The translations under genes and the position numbers were made by a program. A DNA stretch of 64,000 nucleotides, taken from NCBI RefSeq assembly GCF_001194135.2, contig NC_068986.1, positions 85,168,745-85,232,744 on the forward strand, written 5' to 3'. The notes under the pieces are model-generated. The model did no database searches. It saw only the letters and a program-made list of their open reading frames with translations, and was not told the DNA's origin. Every line of letters begins with the position of its first letter. Positions within the stretch are counted from its first letter, which is position 1. This DNA comes from Octopus bimaculoides. Its lineage: Eukaryota. Below, piece by piece: positions 13,404-27,579 of this stretch.

Positions 13404-13630
13404 AATACTGTTTTAGTTCTTTGCTATTTAAATAGGACATAAACGATTATATGCTATTTTCATGCAAGTTCATTTCACGTGTATATATTGCATTGTAACA
13501 TACTTTAACGATACTTTTTACAATTGAGCTCTTAAATTCTCTGGTCACATTGTATAATGTGAACACATCAATCAAATGTGTTTGTGTGTGCATGTGTTTG
13601 TGTGTGTGTACGTGTGTGTGCGTGTGTGCG

Positions 13631-13856
13631 TGTGTCTGTGGGTGAGAGAGGGAGAGATCAAGAGAGAGAGAGATTAAGAGAGAGAGAGAGAGATCAAGAG
13701 AGAGAGAGATTAAGAGAGAGAGAGATCAAGAGAGAGAGAGAGATCAAGAGAGAGAGAGAGATCAAGAGAGAGAGAGATCAAGAGAGAGAGAGATCAAGAG
13801 AGAGATCAAGAGATCAAGAGAGATCAAGAGGGAGAGAGATCAAGAGGGAGAGAGAT

Positions 13857-13915
<59 letters not shown>
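13631..13915. repeat. Compound (GA)n array punctuated by GATCAA (minisatellite-like)
   Basis: Recurring gagagatcaagaga unit with variable GA number. Confidence 0.9.
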
Positions 13916-13918
<3 letters not shown>

Positions 13919-14516
13919 GGGAAATCTCTACAACACTACGAGGCCACATACTCCTGCTTCAAATCGTAGCAAAAATTTCCTTATCAGTGTATCGGTGTAA
14001 GCGAAATTGGTGCCAATGTGCAGCGCTCATGTTTATCCAGCACATCTCTAGTGCTTTAACTTGTTAAACTATGTTATACAATACATCTCCCTATCTCAAG
14101 TCGGCGTTATTTCTCACAAGCTGATGTTACCTCGTTTATCTTGTTCTAGTCTCACGTTCTGGTTATAGTCATTAAAGAAGCATATTTTTGATTCTTTAAG
14201 CAACTAATCTCAATATGTGAATCCTCCATATGTCATAGTAAGTACAATTCTTCATATCAAAGGAGGGTATTCCACTAACTTTAGTTAATTAATATGTTAG
14301 AAGTTATTGAGTAGGAATTCAGCGAAGTTACAGTCCGAGAATTGTCGTTGAAATGAAGTCTAGATGTGTATATACGTCTGTATGTGCATCTATGGATGAT
14401 ATATTGTATATACACACACGTAGATAAATAGGGATATATATAGATATGTGTATAAACATGTATATCTATCTATCAATCTTTCTATTTATCTCTCTCCCCC
14501 TCTCTCTTTGTGTGTG

Positions 14517-14575
<59 letters not shown>

Positions 14576-14816
14576 ATGTAATTATGTATGAATATATGCT
14601 TACATATATATGTATGTATACTGACATAAGCGTAAGTACTACTATGTGAATGATATCGATATGGATGTGTCTATATTAAGATGGAAATTGTGTTAGATAT
14701 TAGTGTGTCTGCGTGTGAGCGTCACTCTTCCCTTTCGATCGCGTCTCTGTCACTCCCTTTTCTGTCCCTCCCTTTCTCTCCCTCTCTTTTGCTCTCTCGC
14801 TCTCTCCCTATGTATA

Positions 14817-14889
<73 letters not shown>

Positions 14890-15093
14890 AGAGAGAGAGA
14901 GAAAGAAAGAGTCAAGTTTGCATGTATGTAAATATATATATGTATATATATCTATGTATGTGCGTGTACGTTTAGGTATATATGTGCATGCACATTCAAG
15001 TCTTCGTACATACATATATACCGTGTGGGCACACACAAACACAAACACACATACCCGCATGCATGCATACAAACACACACACACACACACACG

Positions 15094-15138
<45 letters not shown>

Positions 15139-15912
15139 GTGAGATGTGGGTATATGTAGGCGGATGTGAACTGTATACAGTTACATTAAATGACAAACAA
15201 ATCACAGAAAGCAGTAGAACACAACTCAGTGTCATGGCTGGCACTCAGCTAATGGCTGATCAAACGGGCATGCTACTAATTTAATAAACAGTTTACTTAA
15301 TTACCTGGTTCCTATAGAAACAAGCCGACATCTTTTTTTTTTTTTATTGCTGCTCGTCAGTGAAGACTAATTTGATGTAGTGACTACAGAGATGGCTTTG
15401 TCGTTTTTATATTTTAGGAGTTCGAGGGAAATGGATCTGGTGCTTAGAGATGTTGTGTGGTATATTGTGTACTACTGTTCTCGAATGTTCAATTGTACAC
15501 AGAGAGAGGTGGGGGCACACGCACATACACAAATACACTCACATATACATACACGTACAAAATCACACAAAACCTAACTTACGCAAATATTGACATGTAG
15601 AGACATAACCACATATCCATGTATAGGTTATAGGAAATAAGCGAGACTTAAATGAGAGACGTTAGAAAGCCATACAAAACCACATAGACACCCTATTTCG
15701 CATACATGCATAACCACAAATGTATCCATACATAGAAAGAGGCACACGCATGCGCCCGCAGATACGTAGACAGGTGGATGTTGGAAGCAACATATTAGAG
15801 GGAGTAAAAATAGACTTTGTTCTGGATATTTCTGTATGAGGACAAATTGGAGATTATACCACGGAACCCGGATAGAAAACTTCCAACTATTGATGAGAGA
15901 GATAGTATGATA

Positions 15913-15947
<35 letters not shown>

Positions 15948-16923
15948 ATATATATATATATATNNNNNNNNNNNNNNNNNNNNNNNNNNNNNNNNNNNNN
16001 NNNNNNNNNNNNNNNNNNNNNNNNNNNNNNNNNNNNNNNNNNNNNNNNNNNNNNNNNNNNNNNNNNNNNNNNNNNNNNNNNNNNNNNNNNNNNNNNNNNN
16101 NNNNNNNNNNNNNNNNNNNNNNNNNNNNNNNNNNNNNNNNNNNNNNNNNNNNNNNNNNNNNNNNNNNNNNNNNNNNNNNNNNNNNNNNNNNNNNNNNNNN
16201 NNNNNNNNNNNNNNNNNNNNNNNNNNNNNNNNNNNNNNNNNNNNNNNNNNNNNNNNNNNNNNNNNNNNNNNNNNNNNNNNNNNNNNNNNNNNNNNNNNNN
16301 NNNNNNNNNNNNNNNNNNNNNNNNNNNNNNNNNNNNNNNNNNNNNNNNNNNNNNNNNNNNNNNNNNNNNNNNNNNNNNNNNNNNNNNNNNNNNNNNNNNN
16401 NNNNNNNNNNNNNNNNNNNNNNNNNNNNNNNNNNNNNNNNNNNNNNNNNNNNNNNNNNNNNNNNNNNNNNNNNNNNNNNNNNNNNNNNNNNNNNNNNNNN
16501 NNNNNNNNNNNNNNNNNNNNNNNNNNNNNNNNNNNNNNNNNNNNNNNNNNNNNNNNNNNNNNNNNNNNNNNNNNNNNNNNNNNNNNNNNNNNNNNNNNNN
16601 NNNNNNNNNNNNNNNNNNNNNNNNNNNNNNNNNNNNNNNNNNNNNNNNNNNNNNNNNNNNNNNNNNNNNNNNNNNNNNNNNNNNNNNNNNNNNNNNNNNN
16701 NNNNNNNNNNNNNNNNNNNNNNNNNNNNNNNNNNNNNNNNNNNNNNNNNNNNNNNNNNNNNNNNNNNNNNNNNNNNNNNNNNNNNNNNNNNNNNNNNNNN
16801 NNNNNNNNNNNNNNNNNNNNNNNNNNNTATATATATATATATATATATATATATTCACACGTGCATACATATATAAATACATACATACGTCTATGCATGC
16901 ATCCATGCATCTAGTCATCCATC

Positions 16924-17294
16924 CTTGCTTACCAACCACATGGTTCCGGGTTCAGTCTCACTGCGTGGCACCTTGGGCAAATGTCTTCTACTATAGCCTC
17001 GAGCCGACCAAAGCCTTGTGAGTGGATTTGGTAGATGGAAACTGAAAGAAGCCCGTCGTATATATGTGTATATATGTGTTTGTGTGTCTGTGTTTGTTCC
17101 TCCACCATCGCTTGACAACCGATGCTCGTGTGTTTACGTCCCCGTAACTTAGCGGTTCGGCAAAAACAGATAGAATAAGTACTAGGCTTACAAAGAATAA
17201 GTCCTGGGGTCGATGTGCTCGACTAAAAGCGGGGCTCCAGCATGGCCGCAGTCAAATGACTGAAACAAGCAAAAGAGTAAAAGAGTAAAAGAGT
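16924..17294 (+). mobile_element. SINE family A, slightly 5'-truncated
   Basis: High identity to 49285-49728. Confidence 0.9.
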
Positions 17295-17461
17295 ATACAT
17301 AATACATAAATACATACATACATACATACACACATACATACATCTATACATCCACACATACATACATACATACATACATACTTGTATGCATGCATGCATC
17401 CATCCGTCCATTCATCCATCCATCCTTACATCTATCCATCTATACATACATACATACATAC

Positions 17462-19150
17462 ATGACGATGATGCTCGTCCACTTGAGACCGAGGAAGACC
17501 ATCGCTGACCTTCAAGAACATTGTGCGCTCTAGGACTAACTTATATCTTGCATTTGCGACTCCGCTGGTGGCTAATGAGCCCTGCTCTTGACAAGCATAC
17601 ACGACTACAAACATTGCAGACCAAGCTTTCCCCATTCACTATACGAGCCGTACGCTTTCGCGCAGCTCGCTTAAGTTCTTCACGCTGGATGCGTGCTCTC
17701 TCAAAAGTGTCAATCCCTTCCTTAACCTGCTTCCTCCATCTGTGGCGATGACAGGCATTGTTCTCTCAGTTAGTGTCCTGCATATCACAGACCTTTAATG
17801 AAGACTTAACACAGTCCTTAAATCACAGCCTTGGTTTCTGCCGGAGTTTCCTTCCATTCACAAGTTCTCCTTATAGCATCTGCTTAGGAATCCTGCTATC
17901 CTTCATTCTAATAAGATGTCCAGTCCAACGTAAGCGGTGCTTGTGCACCATTGCCTCAATACTCAAGATATCAGCTGTCCTCCGGACCTGTGTGTCTGGA
18001 ATTTTTGAGGTCCAGCCAACATTGAGAATGTACCTGAGACATCTCTGATGAAAGCGTTCAAGGACCCTTACCTGACGTTTGTACAGAGTCCATGTCTCAC
18101 ATGAGTAGAGGAGCGATGTCAATACACATGCACGGTACAAAGCAACTTTTGTTTGCCTTACGATGCTATGCTGGGACTAGACACGAGACTGAAGAGACCG
18201 GAAGGAATTAGTTGCTCTCTGCAACCTGAAAGATATTACCTCATCCAGGTAGCAAGAACGGCTGAGTGTGCTGTCCAGGTAGACAAACTTGTCTCCTACC
18301 TTCAGAATTGTTCCTTCAACCAAGATAGCTGGTTTCACATATGGATTTCCTGGTGTAGGCTGGAACAAACATTACAACAGTCTTGTCCAGGCTAATGCTG
18401 AGTCCAAATGCATTGCAAGAAGCAGAAATGCATTTCATGAGCATTTGCATGTCATTCACTGTATGAGTAACTAAACCACAGTCATCTGCATAAAGGAGGT
18501 CACGAATAATAGACTGGAGAACCTTTGAATTGGCAGCAAATCGGCGAAGATTAAAGAGGCGGCCAGAAGACCGATATCTGACATATATTCCTAGAAAGCT
18601 AACCTTTGCAAAAGCATGAGTAAAAGCAGCAGCAAAGTACAAAGAAAAGAGAGTTGGGGCAAGGATGCTTGACCCCATTCTCTACAGGAATGGGTCCCAC
18701 CATGCCACCACCAGCATTGACCCAAGCCTCCATCCCATCATGAAATGATTTAATTATAGATACAAAGTGATCCGGACATCCAAGTTTTCCAAGTATTTTC
18801 CATAGAAAGGCCCTATTTACAGTATCAAAGGCCTTTGTTAAATCAATGAATACCTGGACAAGATCCATATTCTGCTCATAGCACTTCTCCTGCATCTGTC
18901 TTCCTGTGAAAATCATATACGATGTCCCTCTACCAGATCGGAAGCCACATTGAGATTCAGATAGGACATCATTTACGAGACACCCATTCAGATGAGTAAG
19001 AAGAATATTTGCCAGAACCTTACCAGCAGCTGATAGTAGAGCAATACCTCTGTAGTTACCACACATTATTCTGGCTCCTTTTCCTTTATACAGAGGAAGA
19101 ATAATTGGATCCTTCCAGTCCTTAGGCATTGCACCATCCCTCCAGACTGC
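17462..19150 (-). mobile_element. RTE-clade LINE, 5'-truncated and frameshifted (RT plus C-terminal Cys/His motif)
   Basis: Minus-strand ORF pieces with YRGIALLSAAGK, ESQCGFRSGRGT, FIDLTKAFDTVNR, LAPTLFSLY, LLYADD, LLYSCETWT, LERFHQRCLR; C-terminus CNVCSRVCLSRAGLISHQR; 3' end runs into (TATG)n. Confidence 0.92.
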
Positions 19151-19338
19151 GCTAATATATACAAACAAACATACATACGATATCATGATTTCTGCAGAGA
19201 CCTTATTAGCTTGTCTTGAGGTGAGGACGAAAACAATGTCCGAAACGTTACATAATTCATACCACCCTAGCTGCAGCACTCACAGTCATAAACATATGCG
19301 TGTGTGGGCGTATTTGTGTGTGCGTGCGTGCGCGCGCG

Positions 19339-19371
<33 letters not shown>

Positions 19372-20819
19372 ACTACAAGCACCTCAAAGAATCCTCAAAC
19401 ATTTAGATACATCTAACATCAACCAACGATAAGAATCCAGTTCGGAAGTCAGGAGCTTAGGAACATATAGAGTTACGTCTTAATGAACACTACTTCCAGT
19501 TCTAATCTTACCCAGGTGACACTACTTGTCAAGGGTCCAAGTTATGAGTGAAATATTAGAAGGTTGTTCTATAGTTAAGTCACGCAAGATACAGTGGAGG
19601 GCTGCTACCTAGGCATATGACACACGTCCCTACCTATTAGTGGATAGTATGTGAACCAGTTCCTTTGCCAAAGTGTTAAATTGCACAGTGCCTCAAAGTG
19701 AAGCTCTGGAGTGCAGGAAACAAGCGAAGTCAACCGTAAATGATACAGCATAAGGCGACAAGAAGCCATTAGTGTTTGTTTCCTAAGAAATCAAGAAACT
19801 CCATACGAAGATATGCAGCTCCATGATCTCTGATATCTAAGCATAACATATGAAAAGAGAAATAGAGACACAGGGATTCCAAACCAACCTCAGTATAGTA
19901 GTGAATTGGGTTTCAGTATATTAGATGTTGTAAAAGAAGTATTTTAATGATGGGAACAACCATGTTATGAATTACTAAGTGTAGTAAAAAAAACCGTAGA
20001 GCAGAGAACCCCATTATTTGAATTAGTTGAACTTCATTAAATCCAGACTATAGTATGGACGTGTGTACAAAAATATACATAACATCACACTACTCTCTCA
20101 ATGCTGACTCAGAGTTCATACGGCGATAATAACTCTATCTGGAATACATGTCTCAATTCATGCATATAGAGGACCCTATGCATATTCACTTTAGTACCAT
20201 CTATACCACATAGATAAACCTCTCTCAAACTACAGTCTACTACCTTAAAAAGTAGAGGGACACATTGGGAAATATAGTCCTGCATAATTCCTAACAGACG
20301 GAATATTCAAAAGCTGCAGCTTAAAAGAAAGGATTCTTACGACCGGAATACATTTATCATAGGTGTGCTCGATCCAAGTTGACTGGTGATTATACAACAT
20401 CGACGACGATAACAACAACACAATAATAACAATCCCAAAAGTATCTCTGCGTGGTCACAACCTCCAAACAGCTATATGTTGTTTTTTAATGTTATTCATT
20501 ATTCATATTTAATGTTATGCATTAGTCAAGGATTCAAAGCAGTCTTGAGCAAATGTTTCGAGAAGCAGGTTGAATGAAACATGGCTCATTATCTGGTGGG
20601 CCGCACTACTAAACAACTAAACAATTCAGGTTAATTTTTCATTAGGCATGCCCATGATTGGTTTAAAGGGCTGTCATGAAGGAGAGAGGTGGATTAAGAC
20701 CAAAGATCTGATCCAGATGGTTTTGGCAGCCGATTGGATCCCACTAAAAGCAGGCACATTCTGAATGACAGGATCAATATAGTCAGGAAAAATAGATGTA
20801 GTCTTTAAGCGAATACTGT

Positions 20820-21600
20820 ATATAATACTATACATTGGGTTATTTATTCACACGCATAGCCCGCTACTTACAACATCACACTTTCACTATTATAACCGGC
20901 GCACAATATCTCACCTACTATATATTCACACACGCATGAAACCTACTCCATACTCTGTCACACTTTTCCTATAATAGCCTGTGCACATTATAACGCCTAC
21001 ATTCTATATTATACGACCTCTCATACACATACAAACATTATACCGCCTCCGTACTAATATACACGCTATCGCACACACACACACACACACATACTACAAC
21101 ACTTAGCATTATTATATATGCTAATACACCTATACACACACGTACTATGACACCTACGCATTATTATGCATGCTATTACACACATACACACATTAGAATG
21201 CCTCCATATTAATCACATGCTATCACACATGCACGCATAGGTTAAAAAATCTCTGTTGCATTGCACACACTATCACACAGGCACACTCACATGCACACAC
21301 ATTAACACCTACGTAGTAATACACGCGCTTTTACACACATATATACACACACTACAACACTTCCGTAACTATGAACACACTCACTATCACATTTGCGCAA
21401 TATCACACATTTAATTTTACTCACACACTATAATACCTCCATATTATTACATAAACTAATACACACAGATACATACACACACAACATGCAACAAGACAAC
21501 AAACCATCGAAAACAAACACACGTACTCAGATACAACCATAGCTAAACAACAACGGCATATACTAAACAAAACGTTAAAATACATCCACAAACAGACCCA
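20820..21600. repeat. Degenerate CA/TA-rich cryptic repeat
   Basis: ~780 bp with strong A/C strand bias and recurring acacacat/atactacaac motifs. Confidence 0.6.
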
Positions 21601-22202
21601 AAGTAATATAGTTGTATATGTATATTGAAAAACAAAAGAATGTTGGTGACTTCAGAGTTTACACTGAATCTAGATTCTCAGACTGTTTCAGGTACTTACT
21701 TCTGACGAAACCTCGAAATAATAGTTATCTTAATCTAAGATATAATATTATATTTAACGCTACTAGTGGTATTGTGCTCTTTCCCTGTTAATGTCTTCAC
21801 GGGGTTTATATATTTGTATATATGTTCGAGTTTTTTTACATTGGTATTATTAAAACCCTATAGTAACATATAAGCTATGATATTATTGACACAATACGAT
21901 AAAATACACGTTTTTTTTTACCCACAATTTACACGGTATTATTTATAGCCTTATCTCCTTCGAGATCTACGATTAAAGTGAAAAGTGAGAATTATTTAAC
22001 TTTGTCTCAAAGTATATAGATTCTAATGATGTCAATAACATACAATTTTCGCTGGAAAGGGTAAGTTTTCTAAAATTGGTTTGGTCCAATGGTTTAACAT
22101 TTGTCATATTTACAGGTGATATGGGCTCAAATTCCACATGATATGCACACACACATATATATACATGCATACATACATACATGCATACATACATACATGC
22201 AT

Positions 22203-22234
<32 letters not shown>

Positions 22235-22461
22235 CATATAAAAATACATGATAGCTGTATAATAATATATCATAATAATATTCATTCTCCAATTTGAAAG
22301 GACAATTTTTAAATACAAACAAGTGACCGAAAATTGATGAACTAATCTCTGGCAGAATCTTCTATAGTAGCTTTCTCTCGGTAACTTAAAAAGTTTTTCA
22401 GGTTTGTTTATAAATATGTGCGCGTGTGTGTGGGTGTGTGGGTATGTATCTATATATGCCA

Positions 22462-22626
22462 AGGCATGGCTGTATGGTTAGGAATTTTCTTCCCAGCCCC
22501 ACTTTTTTCTGTTACAGTCCCACACCGTGCTACCTTGGATAAGTGCCTTCTACTAGAACCTTGGACTAACCAGAGACTTGCAAGTAGATTCGGTGGGAAG
22601 AAAACCGAATGAAGCTTGTCGTATAC
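22462..22626 (+). mobile_element. SINE family A, old 5' half
   Basis: ggcatggctgtatggttagga...cagtcccacaccgtgctaccttggataagtgccttctacta...gaagcttgtcgtata. Confidence 0.6.
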
Positions 22627-23544
22627 CGGCCATGACGAAGGGAAATAGCCCTGAAACTCGAGTCGCCTTTATATATCTATATTTATATTTATATATTTGA
22701 TCCTTTATATTGAACACTCAATATTTCATCTACATTCAATACTTTATTTCATGGTGCCATCCATTTTTATTTTATTTTATTTTATATTATATATTGTATA
22801 TTATATTATATATTGTATATTCCATATTCTATACCCCACATTGGNNNNNNNNNNNNNNNNNNNNNNNNNNNNNNNNNNNNNNNNNNNNNNNNNNNNNATA
22901 TATATATATATATATATACATATATGTATGTGTGTTTGTGCGCGTGTGTGTGTGTGCGTACACACAGGTAGGTAGAAATAGAAAACTGTGTAGGCTGGAA
23001 ACCTCATGACTTCAATAGACAGTCAGATATCTGAAGCATTGTTATGTAATTAGGCTTGATGTTATAAAACATGGCAACAACATGCAAGCTGGTCTTTAAA
23101 GAGTCGAACAGCTAAATTTATTCGCAAAAACAAAACAGTGAAGAAAAGCAAAAATCAAAATCAAACACACACGCACAGAGAATGCGACTGGCATCTTCTT
23201 GGCATTATATCAAATGTAAATCTACTTCCACTCCCTTAATATAAATCTCGTTTTGCTTCGAGACGTAAGAGTGTGTTAAAGATACGCCAACACAACTTTC
23301 TGATGTATCACTCTTGTCATCAGTGAAGTGTTGATGGCAATCTTTGTATTTTCACTGAGAAGATAACGTATTCCAATGATTCCTATTATTCTATGTAGGC
23401 AGAACAAATCCATTTACCCACTGATTACCTATTGGAATTCGTGCTTTCAATTATTGGAGGCGTTGGAATACAATTACACTTGTATTTTGTCAAAGACTAT
23501 AATTTAAAATATGCACACAGTCATACATATATACATAGTGACAC

Positions 23545-23575
<31 letters not shown>

Positions 23576-23912
23576 TGTATGTATGTATCTATCTATCTAT
23601 CTATCTATCTATGTCTGCATATGCACACTCACTCATGTAACTTCATACATACATCAAATATCATGTAAAAAAGAATGATTTCATTAAATGTATACTAACA
23701 TATTTTCTCAATGCTTTAATTTCCCAATTGTATCCATCATTTATTATCTCTTTAACTGTCAGTTACCATTATCAACACCTCTATCAGTCTTCGTATCGTT
23801 CCGATCTTCTGTCTTTCTGAAAACACTCACACACATTCATATGTTACTGCACGTACATATACATGTACCGTACACATAACTTAGCTGCACTTACATACAC
23901 AGACATGATTAG

Positions 23913-24006
<94 letters not shown>

Positions 24007-25844
24007 TCTGCCTGTCTGTCTGTCTATCTACAGACTAAATATCCATCTCTTTACCTCTCTATCTACCTATCTGTCTATATTGTTTTACTTGAGTGCCACG
24101 GCCATGCTGGAACACATGATAATGTCACGATTTCTACAGTTCTTTGTAGTTAGTAAATGTTAGAATTTGAGATATTGTGGTGTTTTTTTCTTCCGGTGTC
24201 ACTGATAGCAAAAATCCATGCATTTATTCAACACATTTCCAACCAGTTCATGCAGATTTCTCAATTTCTTTGACAAGATATAGCAGAGCTGTGGGTCTTT
24301 GAACCATCACTGTTGCAGCATGATTTTGATGGGGTGACTGCCACCTTGCAGACTATCCAATGAGGATATTTCACTTTTGACAGCAGAAATCTTTGAAGAG
24401 ATCCTGCACAACCACATTTCACCTAATATATTATTGTCTGTACCGTTATAAACAAACTTAACGATGTTTCACCGGTTCAACTAGACAAGCGTCTATGTTT
24501 ATGGACTAAGTAATGAATGGAACTTGTGAAATGATGTTGTCAAGCAGTACAATTAAAATGTCATTCTGCTTCTTCTTCGTTGGCACGTGTAATGAAAAAT
24601 TCCTTGTTTCCAAATTTAAAAACACCTCCCACTACATCATCCTTTATAAGTCAACTCGTTTATTTTGAACCCGTATTTATTTGTCCACAAGGGTTATGGC
24701 TACGTGAATATGCGTCTACCATTGTAAAATATTAAATAATCAATACCACAGTTTCATCGCTTTCTGCCATGTCTTCATTCGTATTCTATGATTTGTCACC
24801 CACACGCTATTGAAACAACTGTAAATAGTTGACTAAATGTAATTCCAACAATATCATTCATCTGTATATATGTTTGTGAGGAGTGTATTATGTGATTATT
24901 CAGTTTTATTTCAAGATTTCTTGTCAACAGAGAAAGAGCCGGTTTCTAACCTAGATCAAAGGCTCCTTTATCGGAATTTCAACGTCAACAACAGGATCAT
25001 TATGTATGTGTATGTATGTATGTATGTATGTTTGTATGTATGTATGTGTGTGTGTATGTATGTATTCGTGTATATTTGTATATTTTGGTTTATATATGTC
25101 TTATGCATATACTTGCATATCTAGAAATGCTTAAATCTAGATATACTTAAATGATAAACTTCTGGAAGCTTTCACAGATTGTTACACTTCCAGTGAAGGC
25201 TTGGATTTGTAGTCTTCGAATTAGCTTTCTCCTTTCTGGTTTTGAGAAGCCTAATTTCTCAAGATTGGTATTTAGTATGTATGTGTGCATCTATATATGT
25301 ATTATTTAAAACAGTTTGATTCGGCTCATGTGACTTAAACCACTTGTCAGTTTATAGAATATACCATAGAAATCAATAACCGATTCAGTAAAATGGTGAA
25401 GAGTAAATTACAAAATTATGAAATTGGATAGATGCAATTTAAAACTAAAAGGTACAAATTCAATTGTCAGTAGTGGCGATTGTATATATNNNNNNNNNNN
25501 NNNNNNNNNNNNNNNNNNNNNNNNNNNNNNNNNNNNNNNNNNNNNNNNNNNNNNNNNNNNNNNNNNNNNNNNNNNNNNNNNNNNNNNNNNNNNNNNNNNN
25601 NNNNNNNNNNNNNNNNNNNNNNNNNNNNNNNNNNNNNNNNNNNNNNNNNNNNNNNNNNNNNNNNNNNNNNNNNNNNNNNNNNNNNNNNNNNNNNNNNNNN
25701 NNNNNNNNNNNNNNNNNNNNNNNNNNNNNNNNNNNNNNNNNNNNNNNNNNNNNNNNNNNNNNNNNNNNNNNNNNNNNNNNNNNNNNNNNNNNNNNNNNNN
25801 NNNNNNNNNNNNNACACACACACACACACACATACACAAAGATG

Positions 25845-25880
<36 letters not shown>

Positions 25881-25909
25881 AAAGTTAGGGTTACGGCACG
25901 AGTGCATAT

Positions 25910-27540
25910 ATAAGGAAAAGAATCTGAAAATGCAGGAGTCTTTTAAAAGTATTTATTAACTTAACCGGTTTCACTTATTTCAAAAGATTTTCAAAAGTAA
26001 AGTATGAGGTTTTGTGTATTCTCTGTTATGTTATCTTGTATATTAACAAGGAAAAGTTTGAGGCTTTGTGTATCGTCTGTGATGAGTCAAAGAATAGTTT
26101 ACATAGAAACATTCAGATCAGGTATAACAGTTTTTACTATGATAAGAAGATAAAAATTACTTTACATAAATATATCCAGATCAAGTAATAGAATATTTGA
26201 CAAGAAGATAAAACGTGTCTGGTTTGTCAGTTAGTGGGGGCTAAAGTTGGTGATCAGAAACCATAATTGTTTGCAGCATCTTAAACTGAAAAAATTCCAG
26301 ATGCGATGAGAAATAACAAACCATTTATAGTTCTCGGATATAGCTGTTGGGTCTCGTATGTGGATGGAATTTGATAGTTACTACTATTTTATACAGAAAC
26401 GGTGGTCCAAAATTGCCTTCATTTTAGCAAACAGTGTGGTTGCTTGATGGCAGTCACATAATCAAAAGATGGTTCTGTTTTTTTAAAAAAGGTGGCTAAG
26501 AATTTCTTTCACTTTAAAGACAGTGTAGGAGGTTGATGGCAGTCACTTGATAAAAAGATAGTTCGCGATTGTTCTAATTTCGAAGAAGTTGTTGTGGGGC
26601 CGCGAAGGACTTGTTTGGCGAAAGGCTGATTCTGTAATGGTTCAGTAGTTTTGGTTGGGGTCTTGGGGTTTATATGTATGACTCATAAGTAAAGGATGGT
26701 GTGTATTTGTGTATAAGTGTATGTGTGTGTGTGTTTTTCTGGGAAAAGCGAATAGTGGGTTTATATGTGTGCGCACGCGCACGCGCGCGTGTGTGCGCCT
26801 GTGTGTGCATTCGTGTGCATACATGTGCCTGTATATCTGGGTGTCTATTTGCGTGTAATTTAATGTGTGCATGTATATGTGTGTGTTTTTTTTTCTGGGA
26901 AATGCGAATATCGGGTTTATGTATATGTGCGTGTGCATGCGTGCGCGTACATGTGTGCGTATATGTGGGTGTTCTATTTGTGTTTTTGTAAGTATGTTTA
27001 CGTATGTGCACGTGTGTGTGCACGCGTGTGTGTGCACGTGTATGTTAGTGTGTATTGTGGTTGTCCGTGTGGTTGTGTGTGTACGTGTGTATGCGTGTAT
27101 ATGTGTGTTATTGTCACACACAATATAACACACACATATACACGCATACACACGTACACGCATACTCCGCTCTGATAAATATCACGCACGCACAATGCGC
27201 ACACACGTACACACACGACACTTTGACAAATATAAAACAAACATACACACGCATACACACGTACACACATACACACACCGGCCTGATAAATATAACACAC
27301 AATACATAAGCATACATACACACCACCCTGACAACCACAACACACATATACACACGCACTCACACGTATGCAGAAAACACACGTACGCAGGCACACGTAC
27401 GCAGACACACACGTACGCAGACACACGTACGCAGACACACACGTACGCAGATACACGTACACAGACACACACGTACACACACAAATAGAACACCCTCATA
27501 CACGCACAAGCACGTACAGACACGCATGCACACACACACA

Positions 27541-27579
<39 letters not shown>

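Noticed and set aside
312-16939. Long ORFs of YI/HT/CV/X runs, here and throughout the window
   Set aside because: Translations of dinucleotide microsatellites and N gaps; no coding signal.
19215-19250. GGAC-loop-GTCC-GAAACGTTA hammerhead-like stem
   Set aside because: The upstream core (ttgaggtga) is too far from CUGAnGA and there is no stem I; at best a decayed relic.
24190-24420. Possible Tc1 HTH fragment on the minus strand
   Set aside because: Resemblance too weak to call without a profile search.
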